A stretch of DNA of 57,666 bases from Mollicutes bacterium (lineage in GTDB: Bacteria > Bacillota_I > Bacilli_A > RF39 > UBA660): contig DUVE01000004.1 in NCBI GenBank assembly GCA_012841205.1, forward strand, positions 1-57,666. Direction: 5' to 3'. A program made the position numbers and the translations under genes. Of this stretch, positions 9,755-22,412 are shown piece by piece. Each line of letters starts with the position of its first letter. Positions within the stretch are counted from its first letter, which is position 1. The notes under the pieces were generated by a model, which did not search any database, had not been told where the DNA came from, and was given only the letters and a program-made list of their open reading frames with translations.

Positions 9755-10590
9755 TGACATATAAAGAATTATTAAGGATAAGTAGGGAAGAATATAAATT
9801 AGATTCTAAAACAATAGATTATTTACTTAAAAATTATTTTAAATTAGAAGAAATAGGTAAAATAAATAATGTTGAAATTGATGAAGACAAATTAAAATCT
9901 TACGAGGAAAAGGTAAATTTAATAAAAAAAGGATTACCAATTCAATATGTTTTAGAAAATGTTAACTTTTATGGATATAATTTTCATGTAAAAGAAGGTG
10001 TTTTAATTCCACGTTTTGAGACAGAGGAATTAGTTTATAATACTAAAGAATATATTTTAAAATATTTTGGTAGTGATATATCTATAATAGATATAGGAAC
10101 TGGCTCAGGTGCTATAGGATTAACTTTAAAAAAGGAAATACCCAATTTGAATGTAACCTTAACAGATATTTCCGACATAGCTTTAGAGGTTGCAAAGTAT
10201 AATTCAGAAAAATTAAATGTATCAGTAGATATATATAAATCTAATATGTTAGAGGAAGTAATTAAAAGAAAGAAAAAGTTTGATATTATAGTAAGTAATC
10301 CACCATATTTGAGAAAAGACGAAGAGATTATGGATATAGTCAAACAATATGAGCCATCAATTGCTTTATATGGTGGTCTTGATGGTTTGAAGTATTATGA
10401 AGAGATATTAAAAGATGCCAAGAAGGTTTTAAATAAGAGGGCAATATTAGCTTTTGAGATAGGTTCTAATCAAAGTGAAGAACTTGTTAAGTTGGTATCT
10501 AAATATTTTAATGATTCAAATTATGTATTTAAATGTGATTTGCAAGGAAGAACTCGAATGCTTTTCATTTTTTATAATATTAGTGATTAA
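9754..10590 (+). CDS. prmC: Release factor glutamine methyltransferase PrmC (HemK)
   Basis: 278 aa; SAM motif DIGTGSGAIG and NPPY motif (SNPPYL); TAATG overlap with prfA. Confidence 0.93.
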   Translation: MTYKELLRISREEYKLDSKTIDYLLKNYFKLEEIGKINNVEIDEDKLKSYEEKVNLIKKGLPIQYVLENVNFYGYNFHVKEGVLIPRFETEELVYNTKEYILKYFGSDISIIDIGTGSGAIGLTLKKEIPNLNVTLTDISDIALEVAKYNSEKLNVSVDIYKSNMLEEVIKRKKKFDIIVSNPPYLRKDEEIMDIVKQYEPSIALYGGLDGLKYYEEILKDAKKVLNKRAILAFEIGSNQSEELVKLVSKYFNDSNYVFKCDLQGRTRMLFIFYNISD

Positions 10591-10597
10591 AAATTAT

Positions 10598-10636
10598 AAA
10601 TCCGTTCATTATGTAATAGGGAGGACGGATTTTTAT
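10598..10636 (+). terminator. Hairpin plus U-run after prmC that overlaps the spoIIR Shine-Dalgarno
   Basis: AAATCCGT (10598-10605) pairs with ACGGATTT (10625-10632), followed by TTTTAT. The loop and 3' arm contain the AGGGAGGA SD of spoIIR. Confidence 0.5.
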
Positions 10637-11161
10637 ATGAAAAAAATAATTTGTGGTCTTATACTTATATTATCATTAACTATATTTAAGGAACTATCAG
10701 TAAGTAAGAAGATTATTCCTGATGACGCAATAAGATTGAGAGTTCTTGCAAACAGTAATTCTAGTTATGATCAAAATGTAAAAGAAAAAGTAAAAACACA
10801 ACTTCAAAGTGAAGTGTACACGCATTTGAAGGACGCTGCAAACATAGATGATGCAAGAGATATAATTAAAGCAAACATTGGGAATTTTGATAAAAGTATA
10901 AAAAAAGTGATGGAAAAGGAAAATTATAACATAGGATACAACATTGATTTTGGATATCATTATTTTCCTAATAAAGAATATAAAGGAATAGAATATGACG
11001 AAGGTTATTACGAATCGATATTAGTAAAAATAGGAAAAGGTGAAGGTAATAATTGGTGGTGTGTATTATTTCCGCCACTGTGTTTATTAGAAGCTGAAGA
11101 ATCAACAGAAGTAGAATATAAATTTTTTGTTCAAGAAATAATAGATAAATTTCTAAAATAA
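10637..11161 (+). CDS. spoIIR: Stage II sporulation protein R
   Basis: Signal/TM N-terminus MKKIICGLILIL; conserved IRLRVLANSNS...NWWCVLFPPLC. ATG 10637 has a GGGAGG SD; the ORF-track start 10475 overlaps prmC and is an artefact. Confidence 0.9.
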   Translation: MKKIICGLILILSLTIFKELSVSKKIIPDDAIRLRVLANSNSSYDQNVKEKVKTQLQSEVYTHLKDAANIDDARDIIKANIGNFDKSIKKVMEKENYNIGYNIDFGYHYFPNKEYKGIEYDEGYYESILVKIGKGEGNNWWCVLFPPLCLLEAEESTEVEYKFFVQEIIDKFLK

Positions 11162-11207
11162 TCATAAAGAACTTGTTTCTAAATAGAATTTAGAAGGAGG
11201 AACAAGA

Positions 11208-11741
11208 GTGGAAATTTTTTCTATTTTTTTTATTGGTATTGGTTTGAGCATGGATGCCTTTTCTCTTTCTTTATGCTATAGTGCATTAAATCTTAATAGA
11301 AAAAAGATAATAGCAATAGCATTAAGTGTAGGAATATTTCATTTTTTTATGCCGCTTATTGGCATGTTCGTAGGGAATTTTGCTAAAATTTTTATACTTC
11401 CAGACATAAGAATAGTTGTTTATACAATTTTTATGTTGCTTGGTGTAGAAATGATATATGAATCCGCCAAAAAAGAGGAAAACATCTATTTAACTAGTTT
11501 TGTTGGAATTGTAATGTTTTCTTTTTTTGTTAGTATAGATAGTTTTTCAGCCGGAATTGGTATTAATTTCATAACCAGTAAATACATATTATGCAGTTTC
11601 ATTTTTTCTTTAACGAGTTCTTGTTTTACATATGTGGGTTTAAACATTGGAAAAGTAATAGCAAAGAGAAGTGAAAAACTATCAAAGATAATTGGCGGAC
11701 TTATTTTCATATTATTTGCTCTCTATTATCTATTTAGATAG
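11208..11741 (+). CDS. MntP/YtaF-family (DUF204) integral membrane protein
   Basis: 177 aa; polytopic; GLSMDAFS motif repeated (SIDSFSAG) as in the MntP/YtaF family; GTG start after GAAGGAGG SD. No Mn riboswitch fits in the 46-nt upstream gap. Confidence 0.75.
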   Translation: MEIFSIFFIGIGLSMDAFSLSLCYSALNLNRKKIIAIALSVGIFHFFMPLIGMFVGNFAKIFILPDIRIVVYTIFMLLGVEMIYESAKKEENIYLTSFVGIVMFSFFVSIDSFSAGIGINFITSKYILCSFIFSLTSSCFTYVGLNIGKVIAKRSEKLSKIIGGLIFILFALYYLFR

Positions 11742-11817
11742 TGTAAAATAGCGTTAATTACATACGCTTAAATTGACTCTACTTTAAAAACATAATAAGA
11801 TATTAGTAGGTGATAAT

Positions 11818-12669
11818 ATGTTAGTTAACGCTAAAGAGATGTTAAATAGAGCTAAAAATTCTATTTATGCCGTACCTCAATTTAATATTAACAATTTAGA
11901 ATGGACAAAATACATTTTGGAAAGATGTAACGAATTAGATAGTCCAGTAATTTTGGGAGTAAGTGAGGGTGCTGCAAAATACATGGGTGGTTTTAAAACA
12001 GTATACAATTTAGTTGAAGGTTTAATAATAGATCTAAATATAACAATTCCTGTTGCGCTTCACTTGGATCATGGTAGGAGTTTTGAAAGTTGTAAAAAAG
12101 CTATAGATAATGGTTTTACATCTGTAATGATAGATGGTTCTTCATATTCTTTAGAAGAAAATATTAAAATTACTAAAGAAGTTGTTTTATATGCCCATGA
12201 AAGAAATGTGACAGTTGAAGCAGAAGTAGGTCATATAGGTGGGAATGAAGACGGGATAGAAGCAGATATAGCTTACGCCAATTTAGAAGATTGTATAGAA
12301 TTAGTTTTAAAAACAGGAGTTGATTTTTTAGCTCCTGCGCTTGGTAGTGTTCACGGAATATACAAAGGTGAACCTAAAATTGATACAGTTAAAATGAAGG
12401 AAATAAGAGATGCAATAGATATTCCTTTAGTATTACATGGTGGTACAGGTATAGGTGATGAAATAATAAAGAATTCTATATCTTCTGGCATATGCAAGAT
12501 TAATATAAACACAGAATTGCAAATAGCATGGAATAAAAATATTAGAAAATACGTTGAAGACAATAAAGATGTTTATGATCCGCGAAAAATTATTAGCGCA
12601 GGAGAACAAGCAATAAAAGAGGTAGTAAAAGAAAAAATAAAACTTTTTGGAAGTTCTTCTGAAGCATAA
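11818..12669 (+). CDS. fba: Class II fructose-1,6-bisphosphate aldolase
   Basis: 283 aa; conserved [20 protein letters not shown] segments. Confidence 0.95.
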   Translation: MLVNAKEMLNRAKNSIYAVPQFNINNLEWTKYILERCNELDSPVILGVSEGAAKYMGGFKTVYNLVEGLIIDLNITIPVALHLDHGRSFESCKKAIDNGFTSVMIDGSSYSLEENIKITKEVVLYAHERNVTVEAEVGHIGGNEDGIEADIAYANLEDCIELVLKTGVDFLAPALGSVHGIYKGEPKIDTVKMKEIRDAIDIPLVLHGGTGIGDEIIKNSISSGICKININTELQIAWNKNIRKYVEDNKDVYDPRKIISAGEQAIKEVVKEKIKLFGSSSEA

Positions 12670-12726
12670 AAAGTAACCTTTCTTTTATAAATTAATAGTA
12701 TATTATGAAATTAGTTGGAGGTAAAT

Positions 12727-13974
12727 ATGCAAAGATTAGAAATAGAGGGAAAACATATATTAGAAGGGGAAGTAAGGATTAGCGGTGCTAAAAATAGCGC
12801 TGTTGCCTTAATACCTGCATCAGTTTTAAGTGATGGTATAGTTACAATATCCAATGTTCCCAACATAACAGATAGAGATGCCCTTAATGAAATACTTGAG
12901 TATTTAAATGCCGATGTAAAAATAGAAGATGAAACAATGGTTATTGATTCTACTAATATAGAAAACAAGGAAATTCCAGAATCTATTTCAAAAAAATTAA
13001 GAGCATCATATTATTTTATGGGGGCTCTTCTCGGTAAGTACAAAAAGGTAAATATGTATTTTCCTGGGGGATGTAAGATTGGTGCAAGACCAATTAATTT
13101 GCATTTGAAAGGTTTTGAGGCTTTAGGAGCTATAGTTACTGAAAGGGAAAATCAATATATAATAGAAGCTGATGAACTTATAGGAAACAATATATATCTT
13201 GATATTGCAAGTGTAGGTGCAACTATAAACATAATGCTTGCTGCTGTTAAAGCAAAAGGAACAACAATCATAGAAAATGCGGCAAAGGAACCAGAAGTTG
13301 TTAATGTTGCTATGTTTTTAAATAATATGGGAGCAAGAATAATTGGAGCTGGGACGAGCGAAATAAAAATAATTGGTGTTTCCAAATTAGAAGGTTGTTC
13401 TCATGAAGTTATTCCAGACCGAATTGAGGCTGGAACGTACATGATTGCAGCTTCACTCATGGGAAACAATGTAAAAATTTCTAATGTAATACCAGAACAT
13501 CTAGATGCGCTTTTATTAAAATTAAAAGAAATAGGCATAAAAATTGAAGTAGGAAATGATTATTTTATAATAAGCAAATCAGATAATATGAAATCAGTAA
13601 ACATAAAAACATTACCTTACCCTGGTTTTCCAACTGATTTACAACAACCTATCACTACATTACTTACGCAGTGTGAGGGAAGTTCAAAAGTAGAAGAAAC
13701 AATATATGAAAACAGGTTTTTAAATGTTGATTATTTAAATAAAATGGGTTCTAATATCAAAACCAAAGATAAAGAAGCTATAGTTTATGGTGTTACTCCT
13801 TTAAAAGGGTGCGAGGTAATAGCTACTGATCTTAGAGCTGGAGCTTGTCTTGTTTTAGCGGCTTTAATAGCTGAAGGCAAGACAACAATTCATAATATTG
13901 ATCATATTTTAAGAGGGTATGAAGGTATTGTGGAAAAACTTAATGGATTAGGTGCTAAAATAAAGATTGTCTAA
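12727..13974 (+). CDS. murA: UDP-N-acetylglucosamine 1-carboxyvinyltransferase
   Basis: Full-length MurA; active-site Cys in GGCKIGARPI; fba-murA-rpmE neighbourhood resembles B. subtilis fbaA...murAB-rho-rpmE; SD GGAGG before ATG 12727. Confidence 0.96.
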   Translation: MQRLEIEGKHILEGEVRISGAKNSAVALIPASVLSDGIVTISNVPNITDRDALNEILEYLNADVKIEDETMVIDSTNIENKEIPESISKKLRASYYFMGALLGKYKKVNMYFPGGCKIGARPINLHLKGFEALGAIVTERENQYIIEADELIGNNIYLDIASVGATINIMLAAVKAKGTTIIENAAKEPEVVNVAMFLNNMGARIIGAGTSEIKIIGVSKLEGCSHEVIPDRIEAGTYMIAASLMGNNVKISNVIPEHLDALLLKLKEIGIKIEVGNDYFIISKSDNMKSVNIKTLPYPGFPTDLQQPITTLLTQCEGSSKVEETIYENRFLNVDYLNKMGSNIKTKDKEAIVYGVTPLKGCEVIATDLRAGACLVLAALIAEGKTTIHNIDHILRGYEGIVEKLNGLGAKIKIV

Positions 13975-13981
13975 TATAATT

Positions 13982-14008
13982 AAATAGAGGTAATGCTCTA
14001 TTTTTTTT
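13982..14008 (+). terminator. Rho-independent terminator after murA
   Basis: AAATAGAG / CTCTATTT 8-bp stem, 6-nt loop, followed by a T-run. Confidence 0.7.
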
Positions 14009-14023
14009 AGGAGGTTATTATCG

Positions 14024-14773
14024 TTGAAAAAACTTTTCGCTCTTATTTTAATTATTGGTTTACCTATTATGATATATCTTTTGACTGTTGATCACGGTAT
14101 TTATTATGTTGCCTTGGGGGATTCGCTTGCAGCAGGGCAAAATCCATATGGTAAAATATCCTATGGTTATACTGACAATGTGGCGGACTATTTAGATTCT
14201 TTGAATAAATTAACATTTTATACAAAGCAATTTGCAGTTAGTGGTTATAGAACTACAGACTTAATAAAAGATATTAATGATAATAAAAGCATAGAAGTGG
14301 ATGGAAAAAAGATTACGCTTAAGCAAGCGCTTGCAAAAGCAGATATAATTACGCTATCAATAGGAGCAAATGACTTGTTTTATAAATTAGGAATTAATAG
14401 TATGGATATAACATTTCAAGATGATATCGAATTAAAAAAATATGTTGATGAAGTTATTTTAGATATTGAAAAATTGATTATACTAATTAAAAAATATTGT
14501 ATGGAGGATATTATCCTTGTTGGATATTATAATCCGCTTTGGCATATGAAAAAGGATTTTGCAAAGCAAATAGACAATGTAATTCTATATGCTAATAATG
14601 AAATGAAAAAAGTGAGTAATAAGTATGACTTATATTTTGTTGATGTCTATAAACAATTCGAACAAAATTCAGATTTTCTGCCCAATCCAATAGATATTCA
14701 TCCTTCAGCTAAGGGTTATGCTGCGATAACTGAAAAAATAATCAAAATAATAAACGAAAAAATAATAGATTGA
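14024..14773 (+). CDS. SGNH/GDSL-family hydrolase (lipase/acylhydrolase), membrane-anchored
   Basis: 249 aa; N-terminal TM; block I VALGDSLAAG (GDS); block III GANDL; C-terminal DxxH-like IDIHPS; TTG start 9 nt after AGGAGG. Confidence 0.8.
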   Translation: MKKLFALILIIGLPIMIYLLTVDHGIYYVALGDSLAAGQNPYGKISYGYTDNVADYLDSLNKLTFYTKQFAVSGYRTTDLIKDINDNKSIEVDGKKITLKQALAKADIITLSIGANDLFYKLGINSMDITFQDDIELKKYVDEVILDIEKLIILIKKYCMEDIILVGYYNPLWHMKKDFAKQIDNVILYANNEMKKVSNKYDLYFVDVYKQFEQNSDFLPNPIDIHPSAKGYAAITEKIIKIINEKIID

Positions 14774-14802
14774 AATAAATGTAGATCAAATTGAATTTAT
14801 GC

Positions 14803-14831
14803 TTGTCAAATTATAAGACAGTTGATATAAT
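14803..14831 (+). promoter_or_regulatory. Sigma-A type promoter for rpmE
   Basis: TTGTCA (14803-14808), 17-nt spacer, TATAAT (14826-14831). Confidence 0.6.
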
Positions 14832-14884
14832 ATAGTAGATTTACAAATTGTTGTGATTATTATCATGATGAGAGGAGCAAAAGT

Positions 14885-15079
14885 ATGAAGAAGAATAATA
14901 TTTATAAAGAAGTAACAGCAACATGCAGTTGTGGAGCTACTTTTAAGACTAAATCAACTGACGATATTCATGTTGAAGTATGTTCAGAATGTCATCCGTT
15001 TTATACAGGTAAACAAACAAGAGCATCTAAAGCAGGTAGAGTCGAAAAATTTAATAGTAAATACGGTCTTAGCGAATAA
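14885..15079 (+). CDS. rpmE: 50S ribosomal protein L31 (Zn-ribbon type A)
   Basis: 64 aa; CSCG...[12 protein letters not shown] motif. Confidence 0.95.
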   Translation: MKKNNIYKEVTATCSCGATFKTKSTDDIHVEVCSECHPFYTGKQTRASKAGRVEKFNSKYGLSE

Positions 15080-15100
15080 TTAACTATTATTCGTTTTTTT
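15073..15100 (+). terminator. Rho-independent terminator after rpmE
   Basis: CGAATAAT / ATTATTCG stem overlapping the stop codon, followed by T7. Confidence 0.65.
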
Positions 15101-15140
15101 CACATTAAAACAGAAAATATATATAGTGAGGAGGTAAAAT

Positions 15141-16496
15141 ATGAATGATACTATAGCAGCTATCTCAACAGCATTAGGAGTAGGAGCTGTTTCTATAATT
15201 AGATTAAGCGGAACTGACGCCGTTGCAATCGCAAATAAAATTTTTAAAGGGAATGATCTTACAAAAGTAAAAAGTCATACCATTAATTATGGACATATTA
15301 TAGACAAAGAAGAGATTGTAGATGAAGTTTTAGTATCTGTTATGTTATCTCCAAAAACCTATACAAAAGAGGATATCATAGAAATTAATTGCCACGGTGG
15401 AATTAATACTACGAATAGAGTATTATCTTTAGTTTTGTCTAATGGTGCTAGGTTAGCAGAACCTGGCGAATTTACCAAAAGAGCTTTTTTGAATGGCCGT
15501 ATTGATTTGGTTGAAGCAGAAGGGGTAATGGACTTAATTAATGCTAAAACTGAAAAAATGCGTAAATTAGCAATAAACCAAGTAGAGGGTAAAATTTCTA
15601 GGTTGGTAAAGTTACTAAGAGATAATATTCGTGATATATTAATAAATATCGATGTAAATATAGATTATCCAGAATATGAAGACATCCTTGTTATAACAAA
15701 TAATATGATCAAGGAAAGTATAGCAAAAATAAAGACTGAAGCTCACAAAATACTCAAGGAATCTGAAAATAGCAAGATAATTAAAGAGGGTATAAAGACA
15801 ACAATTATAGGGCGTCCCAATGTTGGAAAAAGTAGTCTTCTAAATAAACTAATAGATGAGGATAAAGCCATTGTTACGGATACTCCCGGTACTACACGTG
15901 ATATAGTCGAGGGAATAGTAAATATCGATGGAATAATACTGAATGTAATAGATACAGCAGGGATAAGACAAACAGAAGATAAGATAGAACAAATTGGTGT
16001 TAATAAAAGTATGAAAACCTTAGATGAGGCTGATTTTGTTATTTTAGTACTTAATAATAACGAAGAAATTAATGAAGATGACCTGAAATTATTAGAAAAA
16101 ACAAAAAACATGAAAAGAATAATATATATAAACAAAAATGATTTGGCATCTAATCTTGATAAATCAAAACTGCAAGATGAAATTATTATATATGGGAACA
16201 CTGTAACAGAGGAAGGGATAGATGCCCTAAAAGATAAAATCAGGGAATTGTTTGGCATAGATGAACTGGAACAAGCAGATTTAATGTACTTATCTAATGC
16301 AAGACAAATAGGCCTTCTAAATGAATCGGTTAATCTAATTGAAGATATAGAAGCAGGGCTTACTAATAATGTTCCTGTTGATATCATTGCCATAGATCTA
16401 AAAAAGATATATGAATTATTAGGTGAAATTATTGGTGAAAACTATAGTGATGAACTAATAGATGAACTATTTAGACAATTTTGTTTGGGTAAATAA
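15141..16496 (+). CDS. mnmE: tRNA modification GTPase MnmE (TrmE)
   Basis: 451 aa; G1 GRPNVGKSS, G3 DTAG, NKxD (NKND); C-terminal FCLGK (CxGK) motif. Confidence 0.96.
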   Translation: MNDTIAAISTALGVGAVSIIRLSGTDAVAIANKIFKGNDLTKVKSHTINYGHIIDKEEIVDEVLVSVMLSPKTYTKEDIIEINCHGGINTTNRVLSLVLSNGARLAEPGEFTKRAFLNGRIDLVEAEGVMDLINAKTEKMRKLAINQVEGKISRLVKLLRDNIRDILINIDVNIDYPEYEDILVITNNMIKESIAKIKTEAHKILKESENSKIIKEGIKTTIIGRPNVGKSSLLNKLIDEDKAIVTDTPGTTRDIVEGIVNIDGIILNVIDTAGIRQTEDKIEQIGVNKSMKTLDEADFVILVLNNNEEINEDDLKLLEKTKNMKRIIYINKNDLASNLDKSKLQDEIIIYGNTVTEEGIDALKDKIRELFGIDELEQADLMYLSNARQIGLLNESVNLIEDIEAGLTNNVPVDIIAIDLKKIYELLGEIIGENYSDELIDELFRQFCLGK

Positions 16497-16510
16497 AAAT
16501 ATTAAATTTA

Positions 16511-16538
16511 AGGGCCTTTAAAAAGGCTCTTTTTCTTT
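16511..16538 (+). terminator. Rho-independent terminator after mnmE
   Basis: AGGGCCT / AGGCTCT 7-bp stem (one G-U), 6-nt loop, then TTTTCTTT. Confidence 0.65.
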
Positions 16539-16653
16539 GTATTTAAAAGGAAAAAGATGGTCTTACGAAGTTAAATGTGGTATAATATATATGTTGACAA
16601 TGGTGTTTAAATAACAAAAAAAGGTGATTATATGATCGTTAAAAATATAGTAT

Positions 16654-19708
<3,055 letters not shown>

Positions 19709-19721
19709 GTAGGTGAAATAT

Positions 19722-22163
19722 ATGAATGATAAATTATTAGATGTAAATATATCCGAAGAGATGCAAACGTCGTTTCTTGACTATTCAATGAGCGTAATTG
19801 TTTCTAGAGCATTACCGGATGTTAGAGATGGACTTAAACCTGTTCATCGAAGGATTTTATATGGTATGCACGAACTCGGAGTAACAAATGACAAACCACA
19901 TAAGAAATCAGCTCGTATTGTCGGAGATGTTATGGGTAAATATCACCCGCATGGAGATTCAAGTATATATGATGCAATGGTGCGTATGGCACAAGATTTC
20001 TCATATCGTTATCCAATTGTTGATGGTCATGGTAACTTTGGTTCGCTGGATGGCGACGGGGCTGCAGCACAGCGTTATACTGAGGCAAGAATGTCGAAGA
20101 TTGCTAGTGAGATGGTCAGAGATCTTAATAAAAATACAGTTGATTTTGGTGACAATTACACTGGTGAGGAAAGAGAACCAATTGTAATGCCGAGTAGGAT
20201 TCCAAACCTACTTATAAATGGCGCTACAGGTATTGCTGTTGGTATGGCAACAAACATACCACCTCACAACCTTGGGGAAGTAATAGATGGTTGCGTAGCG
20301 TATATTGAAAATCATGAAATATCAACACTAGAATTAATGAATTATATTAAAGGTCCTGACTTTCCAACGGGTGCATCAATACTAGGTAGTAGTGGAATAA
20401 AGAAAGCCTATGAAACTGGAAGAGGGATAATAACTGTAAGGGGAAAAGCAGAAATACAAGATAATAAAAATCATCAACGTATTGTAATTACAGAAATACC
20501 TTATCAAGTTAATAAAGCTAATATGGTTTCAAAAATAGCTGATTTAGTTAGAAATAAAGAAATAGATGGTATATCAGATTTAAGGGACGAATCTAATTAC
20601 GAAGGAATTAGAATAGTAGTCGAACTTAAAAAAGAAGCAAATGCAAATGTTATTTTAAACAATTTATATAAAAGTACACCATTACAATCGTCATATGGAA
20701 TAATAATGCTGGCATTAACAGATGGCGAACCAAAAGTGATGACACTAAAGCAAATAATTGAAAAATACATAGATCATCAACGAGAAATAATCTATAGAAG
20801 AACTAAGTTTGAATTAGATAAGGCGGCAAATCGCGCTCATATATTAGAAGGTTTGAAAATTGCTTTAGATCATATCGACGAAATAATTAAAATAATTAAA
20901 ACGTCAAAAAGTGATGAATTAGCAAAAGAAACTATGATGAATAAATTCCAACTTTCGCTTGTTCAAGCTGAAGCTATTTTAGAAATGAAATTACGTCGTT
21001 TGACTGGTTTGGAACGAGAAAAGATTGATAATGAGCTTACATCTTTACTTTCTTTAATCGAGGAACTTAAATCTATTTTAGCAAGTGAAGAGAAAGTATT
21101 AGAAATTGTTAAGAATGAGTTGCTTGAAATTAAAGATAGATATAGTGACGAAAGAAGAACGATTATTGATAATACATCAATTGATTATATAGAAGACGAA
21201 TCATTAATACCTGTTGAAGAGATCATAATAACTCTTACAAACAAAGGATACATTAAAAGGATTCAATCAAACACTTATAGACTTCAAAACAAGGGTGGCG
21301 TTGGTGTTAAAGGTATGACCACGAATGAGGAAGATTTTGTTCAAGATTTAGTAACAATGACAACTCATGAATATTTATTGTTTTTCACTAATAAAGGAAA
21401 GGTATATCGTGTTAAAGGTTATGAGATACCAGAATTTAGTAGACAAGCTAAAGGTCTTCCAATAGTGAACCTTTTACCATTGGAGTCCGACGAAAATATT
21501 AATTCTGTCCTTTCAGTCAAACCAGACGAGAACGATGGAAACTTTATTTTTGCAACTACTCAAGGTATAGTTAAACGTGTTAAAGTAAGTGAGTTTGAAA
21601 ACATTCGTGCAACTGGGAAGATTGCAATAACACTTAAAGAAGACGACGAACTAATTGGTGTAAGGAAAACAACAGGCGACAATCAAATCCTATTAGCGTC
21701 ATCATCAGGGAAGATGGTTAGGTTTGCAGAAGAAGAAGTAAGAATAATGGGAAGAACCGCAACAGGTGTAAGAGGAATCAACTTGGATGGCGCAACTTGT
21801 GTAGGCATCGAAGTAGTATCAGAAGATAAAGAAGTTTTAGTTGTAACGGAAAATGGCTACGGTAAGAAAACCAAAGTAGACGAGTACAGAACTACCCGCC
21901 GTGGAAGTAAAGGTGTTAAAACACTTAACACAACTGAAAAGAATGGAAAAATTGTTTCGTTCAAAGTTGTCGAAGAAGAACAAGATTTAATAATAATTAC
22001 AGATAGTGGGATGGTTATAAGAATACCAATTGATCAGATAGCGACAATGAGTAGAGTGACTCAAGGAGTTAGACTAATATCTTTAAAAGAAGATCAAAAA
22101 GTAACCGCTGTATTTAATATTGAAAAAGAAGAAACGGACTCAGTTGAAGAAGAGGGGGAATAA
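19722..22163 (+). CDS. gyrA: DNA gyrase subunit A
   Basis: Conserved [21 protein letters not shown] region [13 protein letters not shown], catalytic AAQRYTE; C-terminal beta-pinwheel repeats; SD AGGTAGGTG before ATG 19722. Confidence 0.97.
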   Translation: MNDKLLDVNISEEMQTSFLDYSMSVIVSRALPDVRDGLKPVHRRILYGMHELGVTNDKPHKKSARIVGDVMGKYHPHGDSSIYDAMVRMAQDFSYRYPIVDGHGNFGSLDGDGAAAQRYTEARMSKIASEMVRDLNKNTVDFGDNYTGEEREPIVMPSRIPNLLINGATGIAVGMATNIPPHNLGEVIDGCVAYIENHEISTLELMNYIKGPDFPTGASILGSSGIKKAYETGRGIITVRGKAEIQDNKNHQRIVITEIPYQVNKANMVSKIADLVRNKEIDGISDLRDESNYEGIRIVVELKKEANANVILNNLYKSTPLQSSYGIIMLALTDGEPKVMTLKQIIEKYIDHQREIIYRRTKFELDKAANRAHILEGLKIALDHIDEIIKIIKTSKSDELAKETMMNKFQLSLVQAEAILEMKLRRLTGLEREKIDNELTSLLSLIEELKSILASEEKVLEIVKNELLEIKDRYSDERRTIIDNTSIDYIEDESLIPVEEIIITLTNKGYIKRIQSNTYRLQNKGGVGVKGMTTNEEDFVQDLVTMTTHEYLLFFTNKGKVYRVKGYEIPEFSRQAKGLPIVNLLPLESDENINSVLSVKPDENDGNFIFATTQGIVKRVKVSEFENIRATGKIAITLKEDDELIGVRKTTGDNQILLASSSGKMVRFAEEEVRIMGRTATGVRGINLDGATCVGIEVVSEDKEVLVVTENGYGKKTKVDEYRTTRRGSKGVKTLNTTEKNGKIVSFKVVEEEQDLIIITDSGMVIRIPIDQIATMSRVTQGVRLISLKEDQKVTAVFNIEKEETDSVEEEGE

Positions 22164-22178
22164 ACCTCTCTTTTTTTA

Positions 22179-22194
22179 TGTTTCACGTGAAACA
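22179..22194. other. parS site (perfect 16-bp palindrome TGTTTCACGTGAAACA)
   Basis: Exact match to the palindromic form of the B. subtilis Spo0J/ParB parS consensus TGTTNCACGTGAAACA. Embedded in a 28-nt perfect palindrome at 22173-22200. Confidence 0.85.
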
Positions 22195-22213
22195 TAAAAA
22201 GAACAAATGATAA

Positions 22214-22229
22214 TGTTTCACGTGAAACA
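22214..22229. other. parS site (perfect 16-bp palindrome TGTTTCACGTGAAACA)
   Basis: Second exact copy, centre 35 bp from the first. Confidence 0.85.
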
Positions 22230-22258
22230 TTGAAGCGGTTGCCATTTGCTTACAAAAT

Positions 22259-22274
22259 TATTTCCCGGGAAATA
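22259..22274. other. Noc-binding site (NBS), perfect TATTTCCCGGGAAATA
   Basis: Exact match to the B. subtilis NBS palindrome (core ATTTCCCGGGAAAT). The GC-rich core is conspicuous in AT-rich intergenic DNA. Confidence 0.8.
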
Positions 22275-22303
22275 TTTTGTGTGAAATTGTTTTCCTTTAG
22301 ATA

Positions 22304-22332
22304 TTGTATTTTTCGTTAAAGTAAGGTATATT
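22304..22332 (+). promoter_or_regulatory. Sigma-A type promoter for SRP RNA (and probably tadA)
   Basis: TTGTAT (22304-22309), 17-nt spacer, TATATT (22327-22332). It would start transcription near the GG at 22339-22340. Confidence 0.5.
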
Positions 22333-22338
22333 ATATAT

Positions 22339-22412
22339 GGCGCAACAAAAATATTGGAATCAGGTCAGGTTCGGAAGAAAGCAGCCTTAACAATCCCTTT
22401 TTGTGTGCGTCT
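22339..22412 (+). ncRNA. ffs: Signal recognition particle RNA, minimal (about 75 nt) type
   Basis: Conserved domain IV sequence ATCAGGTCAGGTTCGGAAGAAAGCAGCC (compare E. coli 4.5S CCAGGUCAGGUCCGGAAGGAAGCAGCC). The 5' GCGCAACAAAAA pairs with the 3' TTTTTGTGTGCG, followed by T7. Located next to tadA/dnaX as scr is in B. subtilis. Ends are approximate. Confidence 0.8.

Noticed and set aside
11162-11207. Looked for a yybP-ykoY Mn riboswitch upstream of the MntP/YtaF-family gene
   Set aside because: The intergenic gap is only 46 nt and contains just an SD, which leaves no room for the riboswitch.
15743-16393. Long antisense ORFs inside housekeeping genes: 216 aa in mnmE, 188 aa at 18688-19254 in gyrB, 150 aa at 51558-52010 in rpoC, 146 aa at 24849-25289, 116 aa at 45231-45581, and many of 60-110 aa
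   Set aside because: All lie fully inside well-supported sense genes. They have Ser/Ile/Leu/Phe-rich low-complexity translations, as expected for the reverse complement of Lys/Glu/Asp/Ile-rich coding DNA. They lack SD sequences.
22178-22210. Mini-ORFs MFHVKHKKNK and MFHVKH starting at the ATG of each parS palindrome
   Set aside because: They are a by-product of the palindrome ATGTTTCACGTGAAACAT. They have no SD and are only 6-10 codons long.
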